A DNA stretch of 64,000 nucleotides from a virus. Its lineage: Duplodnaviria; Caudoviricetes. The stretch is from positions 8,724 through 72,723 of the IMG/VR virus record IMGVR_UViG_3300009682_000003; one strand, written 5' to 3'. The notes below the pieces were generated by a model that worked only from the letters and a program-made list of their open reading frames with translations, was not told the origin of the DNA and did no database searches. Positions 17,663 to 26,451 of this stretch are shown here, piece after piece. Position 1 is the stretch's first letter. Each line of letters opens with the position of its first letter. The position numbers and the translations under genes were made by a program.

Positions 17663-19306
17663 CTACCTCGCGGCCACCAGCACGACGCCGCCGACGACCA
17701 CGACGGCCCCAGCGCCAATCGCGGCCATGCCCCACCCGGTCTTGTACCAGGGGGGCTTCTCGGCCTCGGCAGGCGGCGGCTCGGTGCCAGGCTGGTTGCC
17801 GCTGCGGTACAGCGCCGCGACGTACTGTGGCACGCACGTCGGCCACGGCTGGCACGGGTAGTTGACTCCCTGCGGCCAGTTGGCCGGGTCCGCCAGGCAC
17901 TGCGGGAAGGGCGTGCAACCCCAGTTCACGCCCGTGGGAGGCGGCGGGGTGGTGCCGGGGGCGGGCGGCGTGTCGCTCGGGCACGGGATGGCTGGGAAGC
18001 TCTGGTGCATCCAGTCACACACGCATCCGGGGAACGGCTCGCAGACGTGGGGCACTCCTTGCGGCCAGTTGTTGGCGTCCAGAAGGCACCCGGGGAACGG
18101 GTTGCATGCCCAGTTGGGCAAGCCGCCAGGAAGCTGCGGAGGCGGCGTTCCTGGCGGGCCAGGCGTCACCGAAGGCTGCCACTTGGGGCCGGCGTTCGGG
18201 TCGTAAGGGTTCCAGCTCGCAGCCACGAGGGCGGCGCGCGAGGCGTACGCCAGGTCGCCGCTGACCGCAGCGGGGCACGAGCTAAGTGCCGAGCTGTAGA
18301 GCGAGCTGTAGCTAGTGGCGAGCTGGAGGCACCCGAGCCCGCCGGCTTGGATGATGCCGATCACCTTCTGGCGTTCGTCCGCGGGGAGCTTGGCGAACTC
18401 GTGGCCGAAGCACGCGATGAGGCGCCAGTCGACGACGCCCCCCGCTCCGGTGGCCTTGTCGAAGAGCCTACCCTTCGCGCCGCAGCCGTCCGCCTCGATG
18501 GCAGCGGCCATCTGAGCGGCCTGGGCGGCGTTCACCGCGTCAGTCGCCGCGGTGGTGGCCGTAACGCTGGGGCCACGAAAGCGCGTCATCTCGCGCATGC
18601 ACACCTTCTCCACAAGGTCGATGTCCGTCTGCTCGACGGGGGGCGTGGTCCCGGGTGGCGTCGTCCCAGGCGTGGTCTTCTGGTCGGAGCCGTCGCCGCA
18701 CGAGGGGATCGTGATCGTGGTCGGCGCACCAGGCCCGAGAATGTTGCCCGGCGTGATGTAGCCGGTGGTGCACGTCTTGCCGAGGAACGACTTGACCTGA
18801 TCGGTGGTGATCATGGGTCCGCCGATTTCCTTCATGAGCGCGGACTGGCAGCAGCCGTCCCAAATGCCATCCTGGCGCAACTTGGTGTAGCCCCGCTTGT
18901 ACAGCTCGGCCTGAAGCGCCTTGTGGAAGTCGACGCCCGCGCAAGCGATGCCTTCGTTCTGGCCGACGTTGCCGGCGCCGCGCAGCACGCCCGAGGTGCA
19001 CGGCCCGGTGCTCTGACCGTAGCCGAAACACGCGAGCCCCACGCCCGACCGAGCCGGCTTCGTCCACGAGATCATGCGGTCGCTCACCCACCGCAGCAGC
19101 GGCACGGGCGGGTCGCGCATCCAGCGCTGCACCTGGCCCGCGGTGAGCCACGGCGTCTCGATCGCGAACTCTTGCACGACCTGCGCAGGCCCTCGGGGCC
19201 AGCGGCGCGAGATCTGGTCGATGTAGTAAGCGCGGGCAGCGGCGATGTCTGCCGGCGCGTGTTGCCTGCGGGCGATCCTGTCCGCCCAAACGCTGATGGT
19301 GTCCAT
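17663..19306 (-). CDS. Membrane-anchored protein with peptidoglycan-binding-like domain and Cys/Trp/Pro repeats
   Basis: KALQAELYKRGY...QDGIWD PG-binding-like pattern; two NWxCxPFPxC modules; C-terminal TM. Confidence 0.75.
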   Translation of the reverse strand: MDTISVWADRIARRQHAPADIAAARAYYIDQISRRWPRGPAQVVQEFAIETPWLTAGQVQRWMRDPPVPLLRWVSDRMISWTKPARSGVGLACFGYGQSTGPCTSGVLRGAGNVGQNEGIACAGVDFHKALQAELYKRGYTKLRQDGIWDGCCQSALMKEIGGPMITTDQVKSFLGKTCTTGYITPGNILGPGAPTTITIPSCGDGSDQKTTPGTTPPGTTPPVEQTDIDLVEKVCMREMTRFRGPSVTATTAATDAVNAAQAAQMAAAIEADGCGAKGRLFDKATGAGGVVDWRLIACFGHEFAKLPADERQKVIGIIQAGGLGCLQLATSYSSLYSSALSSCPAAVSGDLAYASRAALVAASWNPYDPNAGPKWQPSVTPGPPGTPPPQLPGGLPNWACNPFPGCLLDANNWPQGVPHVCEPFPGCVCDWMHQSFPAIPCPSDTPPAPGTTPPPPTGVNWGCTPFPQCLADPANWPQGVNYPCQPWPTCVPQYVAALYRSGNQPGTEPPPAEAEKPPWYKTGWGMAAIGAGAVVVVGGVVLVAAR

Positions 19307-19336
19307 TGCCGATCCCCTGGTCTGAAGGGGTCCGGC

Positions 19337-19693
19337 CTAGTCCTCGGGCGGCGTCTGCGCAGGCTTCAACCGCTCGCACGGCTCGTTGGCCGGTCCCACG
19401 TTCGGCAGCTCCTTACGGTGGCTGCCAACGGTCACGAGCACGACGCAGGCCGCAGAGGCGACCAGCGACGTGCCGAAAGCGAAAAGCACGATCTGCACCG
19501 CCTGGCCGACGAAGGCTGGCAGGTGCGGGTAAGCAAGCCACAGGGCAGCGACGATCGCCCCCACCCAGAACCCGCTGCACATGGGGCAGCAAAGCAGGGG
19601 GGGGTAGATCGATCGCAAGCGCCTCGCGATCACACCCTGCGTGACCACGTAGGTCGCGCCGGCAGCCCCAAGGATCGCGAGCCATGCAGGCAC
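19337..19693 (-). CDS. DUF1360-like membrane protein
   Basis: Three hydrophobic segments, LLCCPMCSGFW motif. Confidence 0.7.
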   Translation of the reverse strand: MPAWLAILGAAGATYVVTQGVIARRLRSIYPPLLCCPMCSGFWVGAIVAALWLAYPHLPAFVGQAVQIVLFAFGTSLVASAACVVLVTVGSHRKELPNVGPANEPCERLKPAQTPPED

Positions 19694-19696
19694 GGG

Positions 19697-19903
19697 TCAC
19701 TCCTTGTCCTTCGCCCCTTCGCCTGGGCACCCGAGGTAGCCGCGGGTCGCGGCTTCGCTCATGAGCATGCCCAGCGCGAAGGGGGACAGCCGAACTGATT
19801 GCCCGTGTTCGGAAAGCACAACGGAGCCGTCGTCCTCGAAGGATGCGTCCGGGCAAGAGGCACAGCCCCCGCCGCACAGTGTCACTTTGTTCGCCTTGCT
19901 CAT
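19697..19903 (-). CDS. Small Cys-containing protein
   Basis: LCGGGCASCP motif; in operon. Confidence 0.65.
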   Translation of the reverse strand: MSKANKVTLCGGGCASCPDASFEDDGSVVLSEHGQSVRLSPFALGMLMSEAATRGYLGCPGEGAKDKE

Positions 19904-19920
19904 GCACGCATCCTAACAGA

Positions 19921-20412
19921 TCAGACAGCCGAATTGGGCTCGACCGGCATGTTGATCACGGCCAGAACGTACAGGTTCGGCGGCGAGAACGTGGAGTACA
20001 TGCTCGCGTCCTTGACGAATCCGACGAACCGCTTGCCGCCGCTGCCAAACGGGCTGACGTCGAAGGCTGGGTTGCCCGAGTCGAGCCAGACCGGGTTTCC
20101 GTTCACGGGCGACAGGCCGCTTTGGCACCACACGAGGTGCTCTCCGTTGGAGCTGACGGGGCACAGCGCCCCCACGTCGCAGCCGCCCTTGCGGTCGCAC
20201 ACGCCGATCGCACCCTGCTTCGAGTCGGTGTTGGCGACCATTCCGGCGGTCGTGATCTGCACTGCCTGGCCGTACATGAGGCCGAACGGCCCCCCGTTGT
20301 ACAGCCCGCCCGCCCCGGTGGCGGTGCGGATCGCCTGGCTGATCTTGCGCACCAAGATGTTGAGGTACTGCTCCAGGTGCTTGTCGGTGTGGCTAAAATT
20401 CGCGATGTCCAT
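19921..20412 (-). CDS. Short protein with a diverged copy of the spike N-terminal module
   Basis: FSHTDKHLEQYLNILVRKISQAI resembles FxDKHLExxWHELNRRI; GGAGA SD. Confidence 0.7.
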   Translation of the reverse strand: MDIANFSHTDKHLEQYLNILVRKISQAIRTATGAGGLYNGGPFGLMYGQAVQITTAGMVANTDSKQGAIGVCDRKGGCDVGALCPVSSNGEHLVWCQSGLSPVNGNPVWLDSGNPAFDVSPFGSGGKRFVGFVKDASMYSTFSPPNLYVLAVINMPVEPNSAV

Positions 20413-20451
20413 TGCCTATCTCTCCGATGAGGTTGATCTCCAGGCCTACCG

Positions 20452-21348
20452 TCACGCGCGCGCCGGGGCCGTGGGTTGCAGCCGGGACCGCTCCAGCCGT
20501 GCCAGCTCGGTCCTGGTGTCCTTCTTGCGGGTCATCTTCGCGACGACGACGATCCCGAGGATGCCGGCGCCGACGCCGAGAGCCGCCCACAGGTACGGGC
20601 TCTTGTAGATCGGCTCCTTCGCTTCTCCGTTGGTGTAGCCAACCGGCTGCATGCCGGTTCCGGTTCCCGTTCCGGTTCCCGTTCCGGTTCCGGTTCCCGT
20701 GCCGGTCCCAGGCGTCGTGGTGCCGGGTGCCCCGGTCATCTCGATGCGGTCCCACAGCGTGCTGCCCTGCGGCGGGTCAGGCCACGAGGCGGGGATCTTG
20801 AGCTTCGCCCCGTCCCACTGGTTGAACATGCAGGTGACCGTCTCCCCAGCCTTCTGGTAGCTGAAGCCAGCGGGCATGTCGTAGTTCGCGCTCTTGAGCT
20901 CGTTCCACTTGTTCTGGTTGCCGGTCCAAGCAGCGGCGAGCGCGCCGGGGTACATGCTGTTCGAGGCCGTGTATACGTACGGCTTGACGTTGGTGATCGC
21001 GCTCGGCGTGCACGCGGCCCCAACGGACTGGCCAAGCGCCCCGCGCGACCACGACTCCCTCATGCCGGCAACGCGGCCCTCGGTGAAGCGCGGAATGACC
21101 GGCGCAGGCAGCGAGAACCGCGGCTGCTTCGTCCAGCCGAGCGGCAGGAAGATCGTTTGGCCGTACCGGAAGGCGTTGTTCGCGAGCGTGAGCACGCGGC
21201 CCTGCGGACCCATCACCCACGACTTGGGCAGGTGCGGGTTTGCCAGGACGATCAGCGGCCAGTTGTCCGCATTGCCCGTGTAGAGCCACGCAATTTTCCG
21301 CAGCGTGTCGTTCGGGCGCACGATGTACAGGTTGGGAACGAGAGCCAT
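20452..21348 (-). CDS. LysM-like, membrane-anchored protein
   Basis: YIVRPNDTLRKIAW...WPLIVLANP LysM-like; poly-GT linker; C-terminal TM; GGAGG SD. Confidence 0.8.
   Translation of the reverse strand: MALVPNLYIVRPNDTLRKIAWLYTGNADNWPLIVLANPHLPKSWVMGPQGRVLTLANNAFRYGQTIFLPLGWTKQPRFSLPAPVIPRFTEGRVAGMRESWSRGALGQSVGAACTPSAITNVKPYVYTASNSMYPGALAAAWTGNQNKWNELKSANYDMPAGFSYQKAGETVTCMFNQWDGAKLKIPASWPDPPQGSTLWDRIEMTGAPGTTTPGTGTGTGTGTGTGTGTGTGMQPVGYTNGEAKEPIYKSPYLWAALGVGAGILGIVVVAKMTRKKDTRTELARLERSRLQPTAPARA
20654..20708. repeat. Hexamer tandem repeat encoding a (GT)n linker
   Basis: CCGGTT/CCCGTT units; translation GTGTGTGTGTGTGTG. Confidence 0.85.
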
Positions 21349-21360
21349 TGTCTGGGCCTC

Positions 21361-22710
21361 CTACTTGGCCGCGATTGCGACCGCTGCGACGACAGCGACG
21401 GCGACGACGGTGCCGCCGACGATCCACCACACGGTGTTGTCCTTCTCCTCCTCCTTCGGCTGCTCTGCCGAGGGCGGAAGGGGGATGTTGTGGTCCTTCG
21501 CCCACTGCGGGATGCAAGCGGGGAACGGCGTGCACGGCTGCGGGACGTTCGCGGGCCAGTTGCCCGGCTCCGCGAGGCACTGGGGCCACGGCGTGCAGTT
21601 CCAGTTGGGCACGGGCGACGGCGTCGTCCCGGTCCCGGTTCCCGGCTGCGTCTGGTCCGGGGGCAGCTTCGGGGGCGTCTCGATGTTTCGGCAGTAGCAC
21701 GGGTCGACTTGCAGGTCGCACAACGCCTTCTTGAAGAAGTCGACGCCCTTTCCCTCGAAGCAATCGCTGCACGACCAGATCTCGCGAAGACGACCCGGGT
21801 TCGCCGTCGCGCACGCACGCAGCTCCGGGTCTTTGAACACCTCCCAGGCGAACGATCCCCACGGCACCTCGCTCCACGCAATTTCAGAGTACGGAGCCGA
21901 GGTCCAGTCCACGTTCGCGAAGTCGGGTGCGCCCTCGTTGATGAACATTCCGCCGCCAGGGATTGCGACGGGGGAGAACTGAAGCTCGCCCGCTGCGAGC
22001 ACGCCCTGGCTTACCGCCTGCCGCGGCGCGACCTGTGCGCCAGAGTACAGCGGCGGCTTCGGCACCTTCTGCATGAAGGCCCAGAACTGCGCCTGGTCCG
22101 TGGGGAACTGAGCGGCAATCGCGGCCCACGGCACGTAGCGCCAGGGCACGTCGGCCCACGGGATCGACTGCGCGATCTGAGGGACCGAACCCGCGGCGCG
22201 CGTTGCAAGCACAAACTGGGCTGCGCTCGCAACCATTTTCTGCACGTAGTCGCGCTGCTCCGGGGTCAGCGTGGGCGCCGCGCCCGTGGGCAGGATAGGC
22301 GGCAGCGTCGGAAAGCGATCGTACAGGTACGGCCACCACCCAAGCACCACCTCCGCGACGTAGCCCCAGCTCACGTCGGCTGGAAGCTGCACGCCGGGAA
22401 AGAGCGCTTCGAGTTGCTTGGCGAGGTAGGACGAGAGCGTCACGACCCATTCGTCCTCGTTTGCGCCAACGGCCCCGCTCGAGCGAGACTTCGCCCAGCT
22501 TGCGGGAACCAGCAAGCGCTCACCGTGGTTGAGCTCCGCGAAGGTGCGGAAGCGACGCCGCTCGGGGTCGTGCGCCGCAAGGCGCTTGCTGAGCATGTTC
22601 GCGGCGATCAGCTCAGGGTAGCGCCGCGCGTCGCCCGTGAAGCGCTCCGCGATCTTGCCCACGTCATCGCCGGGCAGCACGACGGCCCGCCAGGTTGCGA
22701 CCGCCGGCAT
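21361..22710 (-). CDS. LysM-like, membrane-anchored protein with a Cys/Trp/Pro module
   Basis: VVLPGDDVGKIAERF...YPELIAAN; NWNCTPWPQC module; C-terminal TM; start could also be 22740. Confidence 0.8.
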   Translation of the reverse strand: MPAVATWRAVVLPGDDVGKIAERFTGDARRYPELIAANMLSKRLAAHDPERRRFRTFAELNHGERLLVPASWAKSRSSGAVGANEDEWVVTLSSYLAKQLEALFPGVQLPADVSWGYVAEVVLGWWPYLYDRFPTLPPILPTGAAPTLTPEQRDYVQKMVASAAQFVLATRAAGSVPQIAQSIPWADVPWRYVPWAAIAAQFPTDQAQFWAFMQKVPKPPLYSGAQVAPRQAVSQGVLAAGELQFSPVAIPGGGMFINEGAPDFANVDWTSAPYSEIAWSEVPWGSFAWEVFKDPELRACATANPGRLREIWSCSDCFEGKGVDFFKKALCDLQVDPCYCRNIETPPKLPPDQTQPGTGTGTTPSPVPNWNCTPWPQCLAEPGNWPANVPQPCTPFPACIPQWAKDHNIPLPPSAEQPKEEEKDNTVWWIVGGTVVAVAVVAAVAIAAK

Positions 22711-22743
22711 TGCCCTCGGGATTCCGTCGTTTGCCCACATGGT

Positions 22744-23616
22744 TCACTGCCCTCCGCAGCCGCAGCTTTCGTAGCTGAGCATGCCGTCCTCTTCGCCTTC
22801 CGCGCTGGCCATCGCCGGGCGAGGCTTGCGCCCGCCGAAGTACACGAGCGCGCCGACGCCGAGCACAAGCCCTCCGACCACGAGCGCAGGCACGACGTAC
22901 GAGGTCTTCTTGGCCGGCTCCTCGTAACCCACGGGCTGCGTGCCTGGCGTGCCTGGCGTCGCGCCGCCAGTGCCGGGCACGGTGCCGGGCTGCGTCCCGG
23001 GCACGGGAAGCTCGCTGCGGGGAACCGCGCCAGTGCAACCTGCCGGCGGCGCGAGCGGGACGAAGGCCGAGCCCTGGTCGGTGAGCGGCACGGGGACGAC
23101 GCCCTCGGGCTGCCCCGACGACGGGGCCGTCCACCCGGCGCTGTCGATGCCCGACTGAAAGGCGTTTTGTGCGAGCTGCTGGATCATCGCGCTGTTGGTC
23201 AGCAGGTAGGCGAACAACACGCCGTCGAGGGCCACGACGTTGATGTCGCCCAGGCCCGACTGGATCGCTGCCTGGTAGGCCTGGAGCCCGAACGCCGCGC
23301 TGTTGCAGTCCCAGTTGCCGCTGTACACGTCCGCCGGCACGTAGGGCGCCACGGCCTCGTTGCCCAGGATCGTGGCGATCATGTTGTACAGGCTCTGCTT
23401 GCACAGGTAGACGGCGTTGTCGCGGCTCGTCTCGACCTTTGCCCAGAACACGCAGTCGCCGTACACGAGCGGCTGGCGGAACCAGATCGGGAAGGTCACC
23501 CGCCCCGGCTTGCTGAGATCGACTTGAAACGCCTGGAACAGCGCCTTCTCGCCCTTGCTGGCGCAGAACGGCGTCCCGAGCGGCGTCACCTTGATGTCCA
23601 TGAGGTCAACGGCCAT
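22744..23616 (-). CDS. Membrane-anchored structural protein
   Basis: P/G/T linker then TM YVVPALVVGGLVLGVGALVYF, basic RK, CGCGG tail. Confidence 0.75.
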   Translation of the reverse strand: MAVDLMDIKVTPLGTPFCASKGEKALFQAFQVDLSKPGRVTFPIWFRQPLVYGDCVFWAKVETSRDNAVYLCKQSLYNMIATILGNEAVAPYVPADVYSGNWDCNSAAFGLQAYQAAIQSGLGDINVVALDGVLFAYLLTNSAMIQQLAQNAFQSGIDSAGWTAPSSGQPEGVVPVPLTDQGSAFVPLAPPAGCTGAVPRSELPVPGTQPGTVPGTGGATPGTPGTQPVGYEEPAKKTSYVVPALVVGGLVLGVGALVYFGGRKPRPAMASAEGEEDGMLSYESCGCGGQ

Positions 23617-23619
23617 GGG

Positions 23620-24438
23620 TCACTCCATCACGTCTACCGTCAGCTCGCCCGCGATGCGCCAGTACCTCGCGCTCTGAATGAAGTACACGGCCATTTGCGC
23701 GAACTGATCAATGAGGGTTGTCGCTGGGAACAGGTCGCGCGGTAGCGGCGACGGCCTGCTCTCCGGGTTCGTCTGGGCGACCGACGCCCAGAACGCGATC
23801 GTGCCTGGTCCTTCGAGCACCACGCCCAGCGTGGGCGCAGCGCCCGTGAGCGAGGTCCAGGGGAACCGCAGGTCGTTGAAAGTGCCCCACGGCTGCACGG
23901 CTTCGCCTGGTGGCTTGCCCGCGTTGATCGGGATGTACCCAGGCCCGCCGAGCGAGGCGGGCAGTGCTTCGTACAGGATCGCTGCGTTCAGGTCGTCCGC
24001 TACGCGCGACCATCCGGGGATCTGCCCGGTGCGATCCACGGGCTGCATGCGCGTGCGCGGTTGGAAGGTCAGGTGCCACGACACGTTCGCGTCGGGCAGC
24101 TTGAAGTGCGGCCCGAGCCTGTGCACGTCGAGCTCCACGGGCACGATCGGCGCGGGCGGCTGCTGGTCGGGAGGAAACGGCGCGGCGAGCGTGAGGTACT
24201 GTCGCAGGTTCGAGACGCGGAACCTTCCCTGCGGCACCTCGGTCGCCGCCAGGCGCACGAGGTATCGCTGGTCCTGCGAGGTCGTCGGATCGGGCGGAAG
24301 CACGATGCCTAGCGAGCCGCGGTCCCCCACGGCCCACGAGGTTCCGACGAACGACGCCGCCGGGTCGTTGCACCTCGTCGCGACCACGATCCGTCGAGGC
24401 CCGAGGGGCTGCCGATCGGGGACGCAATGGTCGGCCAT
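23620..24438 (-). CDS. Beta-rich protein, candidate jelly-roll minor capsid/penton
   Basis: ATG 24438 overlaps the upstream TGA; alternating hydrophobic beta pattern; adjacent to two capsid candidates. Confidence 0.5.
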   Translation of the reverse strand: MADHCVPDRQPLGPRRIVVATRCNDPAASFVGTSWAVGDRGSLGIVLPPDPTTSQDQRYLVRLAATEVPQGRFRVSNLRQYLTLAAPFPPDQQPPAPIVPVELDVHRLGPHFKLPDANVSWHLTFQPRTRMQPVDRTGQIPGWSRVADDLNAAILYEALPASLGGPGYIPINAGKPPGEAVQPWGTFNDLRFPWTSLTGAAPTLGVVLEGPGTIAFWASVAQTNPESRPSPLPRDLFPATTLIDQFAQMAVYFIQSARYWRIAGELTVDVME

Positions 24439-25076
24439 CACGCCCCCTGGTTGGTCACGTCTTCTGGTGGCAGATACCCAAGGCTCCGCAGCCTTGCAAC
24501 GGCCTCCAGCAACGTGATCTCCGTTAGGCGGCAGCCCATGAGTTCCTGGCAGTGGAAGGTCATGCGGACGATCAGCGGGATCTCGGTCTGTTCGAGTTGC
24601 CGCGTGAGCGTCCAGCGCATCCACGGGGAGCTGTCGCGCGGAAGCACAATGCCCTTGTCGCTCAGCATGCCGTCAGGCATGGAGTTGCCCGAAGCCGCAA
24701 ACAGGTTCTCGATCGGCTGGGGCGTGTTGGTGAAGTCCCAGGTGTCGACGCCGTCGATCTTGCCGTACACGTCGATGTACGGAGTCTCGCGCATTTGCCG
24801 ATCGAACCAGAACTTCAGCGGGCTTCCGGTTGCGTAGTTCGGGCGCTGGATCGTGTACTGCACGCGCTGCACCCAGGCGTCCGCGTACAGCCTTGATCGG
24901 AAGGCAACCTCGACGAAGTCGTTGACGTTGCCGGTGGTAAACTCGCCTCGCACCTCGTAGCTGTTGGGTCGAAGCGCAGCGCGGTTCGTCACCAGCACGT
25001 AGGCGAGGCGAGGATTGGCGTAGCTGAGCGCGGAGATCTCCGCGGGGGACGCGAGTTGCAGCCTGCTTTCCGTCAT
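24438..25076 (-). CDS. Candidate small single jelly-roll major capsid protein (212 aa)
   Basis: AWVQRVQYTI, PYIDVYGKI, PQPIENLF, IVLPRD, LIVRMTFH beta-strand series. Confidence 0.55.
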   Translation of the reverse strand: MTESRLQLASPAEISALSYANPRLAYVLVTNRAALRPNSYEVRGEFTTGNVNDFVEVAFRSRLYADAWVQRVQYTIQRPNYATGSPLKFWFDRQMRETPYIDVYGKIDGVDTWDFTNTPQPIENLFAASGNSMPDGMLSDKGIVLPRDSSPWMRWTLTRQLEQTEIPLIVRMTFHCQELMGCRLTEITLLEAVARLRSLGYLPPEDVTNQGA

Positions 25077-25095
25077 GTCTCGACCTTTCGATCGG

Positions 25096-25119
25096 CCCGC
25101 CGGGGTCGCCCCCGGCGGG
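25096..25119 (-). terminator. Perfect 10-bp GC hairpin with GCGA tetraloop (stabiliser/attenuator; no U-tract)
   Basis: CCCGCCGGGG-GCGA-CCCCGGCGGG on the minus strand between the two capsid candidates. Confidence 0.55.
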
Positions 25120-25179
25120 GTTCTCCCCCCCCACCTCGCAGGCGCTTACTGATCGCCTGCGGTCACGCGACGGTGTCGA

Positions 25180-26376
25180 TCAGCCGCCGCAGCCGATGCG
25201 GCCCGCGCACAAGGTGTTCAGCACCTCGGTCGTGAGCTTGCCGCTGCCGGCGAGAGCCTGCGCCAGGCTGTTGCACACGTTCGGGCTGACCTTGAAGCCC
25301 TTGAGCCCGATGCCCAAGCGCAACCGACCAGCGGGAATGCGGGTCTTGGTGCCGCGGGCGGTGCCGGCAATCAGGTTCTCGTACGTCGGGTAGTTGGCGC
25401 CGCTGCCGGCGAAGGGCTCCAGCCCGGTCTGCATCACCGCGGTGCGGATCATGCTGGTGATGTAGTCGAGGTTGCCTTCGTCGCTGGTGAACTCGATCTT
25501 GAGCAGCGTGCCGTTGGTGACCGGAAGCGCGCACGGCAGCTTGTACCAGTACGCGATGTTGGGGTTCGCGCGAAGGCGACCGAAGCTCACGGGCTCGGGG
25601 CCGGGGCGCGTCGGGATGAGGTCGCCTTGCTCCTCGGGGCCGAGCGCCGGTCCCTGCATCGCGTTGGTCGCGACGAACCGGCCCACGTCGGGAGCGCCTT
25701 CCGTCTCGTCGTTCGCGGCAGCGATGGCGTCCAGCCGGTCGTTGACCTGGCGCTGAATGCGCGCGATGCCGTGGTTGTTGCGACCGAACCCCTGGTAGTC
25801 GATCAGGGCGCAGCAGTTGCCCAGCTCGCTCACGGGCTCTTCGAGGAGCTGCGCGTTGGCGTTCTCGGGGCAGGAGAGCTTCAGCTTGTAGCCGCGCATG
25901 AAGTCCGCAATCGCGTTCCACACCGGGTTGCCGAAGTTGACCTCGGACATTTCGATGCTCGCGCCCTCGGGCAGACCGAGCTGCGTGGTGTAGATCGCGC
26001 CGTTGCGCACGACCTGCGGGCTCGCGAACAGGCCGTCGACTTCGTCGTGCGGAAAAGCCTGAGCGCCTTCGATGTTCATGCCCATGCCCTCGCCGTAGGC
26101 GTGGACGCAAATCCCGAGCAGAAGGAAGCTGCCCAAGATCTTGAGCGAGTCTTGCGACACCGCGTTGGAGCTTGCGAACTTCTTGTTCGACGCGGTGCTC
26201 GGGTTCGCGACGAAGATGTTGAGCGGCAGCCTGCCGAGCAGGTCCACGTCGCTCTTTCCGAGCGGCAGCTCGAAGTTGATCAGGCGGTACTCGACGGTGG
26301 GCACGCAGTGCAGCGGCGCTGCAAGGCACGCGTCGAGATCGTCGTAGCACCCAGGAACGATAGTCTTGTCAGCCAT
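25180..26376 (-). CDS. Candidate large single jelly-roll major capsid protein (398 aa)
   Basis: SN...SL...FLLLGICVH, YKLKL...LLEEPV, YKLPCALPV...LLKIEF, LRLGIGLKG strand series; CGGAGA SD; hairpin downstream. Confidence 0.6.
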   Translation of the reverse strand: MADKTIVPGCYDDLDACLAAPLHCVPTVEYRLINFELPLGKSDVDLLGRLPLNIFVANPSTASNKKFASSNAVSQDSLKILGSFLLLGICVHAYGEGMGMNIEGAQAFPHDEVDGLFASPQVVRNGAIYTTQLGLPEGASIEMSEVNFGNPVWNAIADFMRGYKLKLSCPENANAQLLEEPVSELGNCCALIDYQGFGRNNHGIARIQRQVNDRLDAIAAANDETEGAPDVGRFVATNAMQGPALGPEEQGDLIPTRPGPEPVSFGRLRANPNIAYWYKLPCALPVTNGTLLKIEFTSDEGNLDYITSMIRTAVMQTGLEPFAGSGANYPTYENLIAGTARGTKTRIPAGRLRLGIGLKGFKVSPNVCNSLAQALAGSGKLTTEVLNTLCAGRIGCGG

Positions 26377-26451
26377 GGTTGTTCTCCGAAAAGGTTGTCG
26401 GTCGTCCTGTCAGAAGCCCGCATCGGGCCGTTTGCCCAGGCTCCTGGGCGC

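Noticed and set aside
20476-23745. Very long plus-strand ORFs (also 16997-19798, 25627-28620, 9943-11817)
   Set aside because: Antisense shadows of genuine minus-strand genes in GC-rich DNA: Arg/Ala/Gly-rich, no motifs, no SD.
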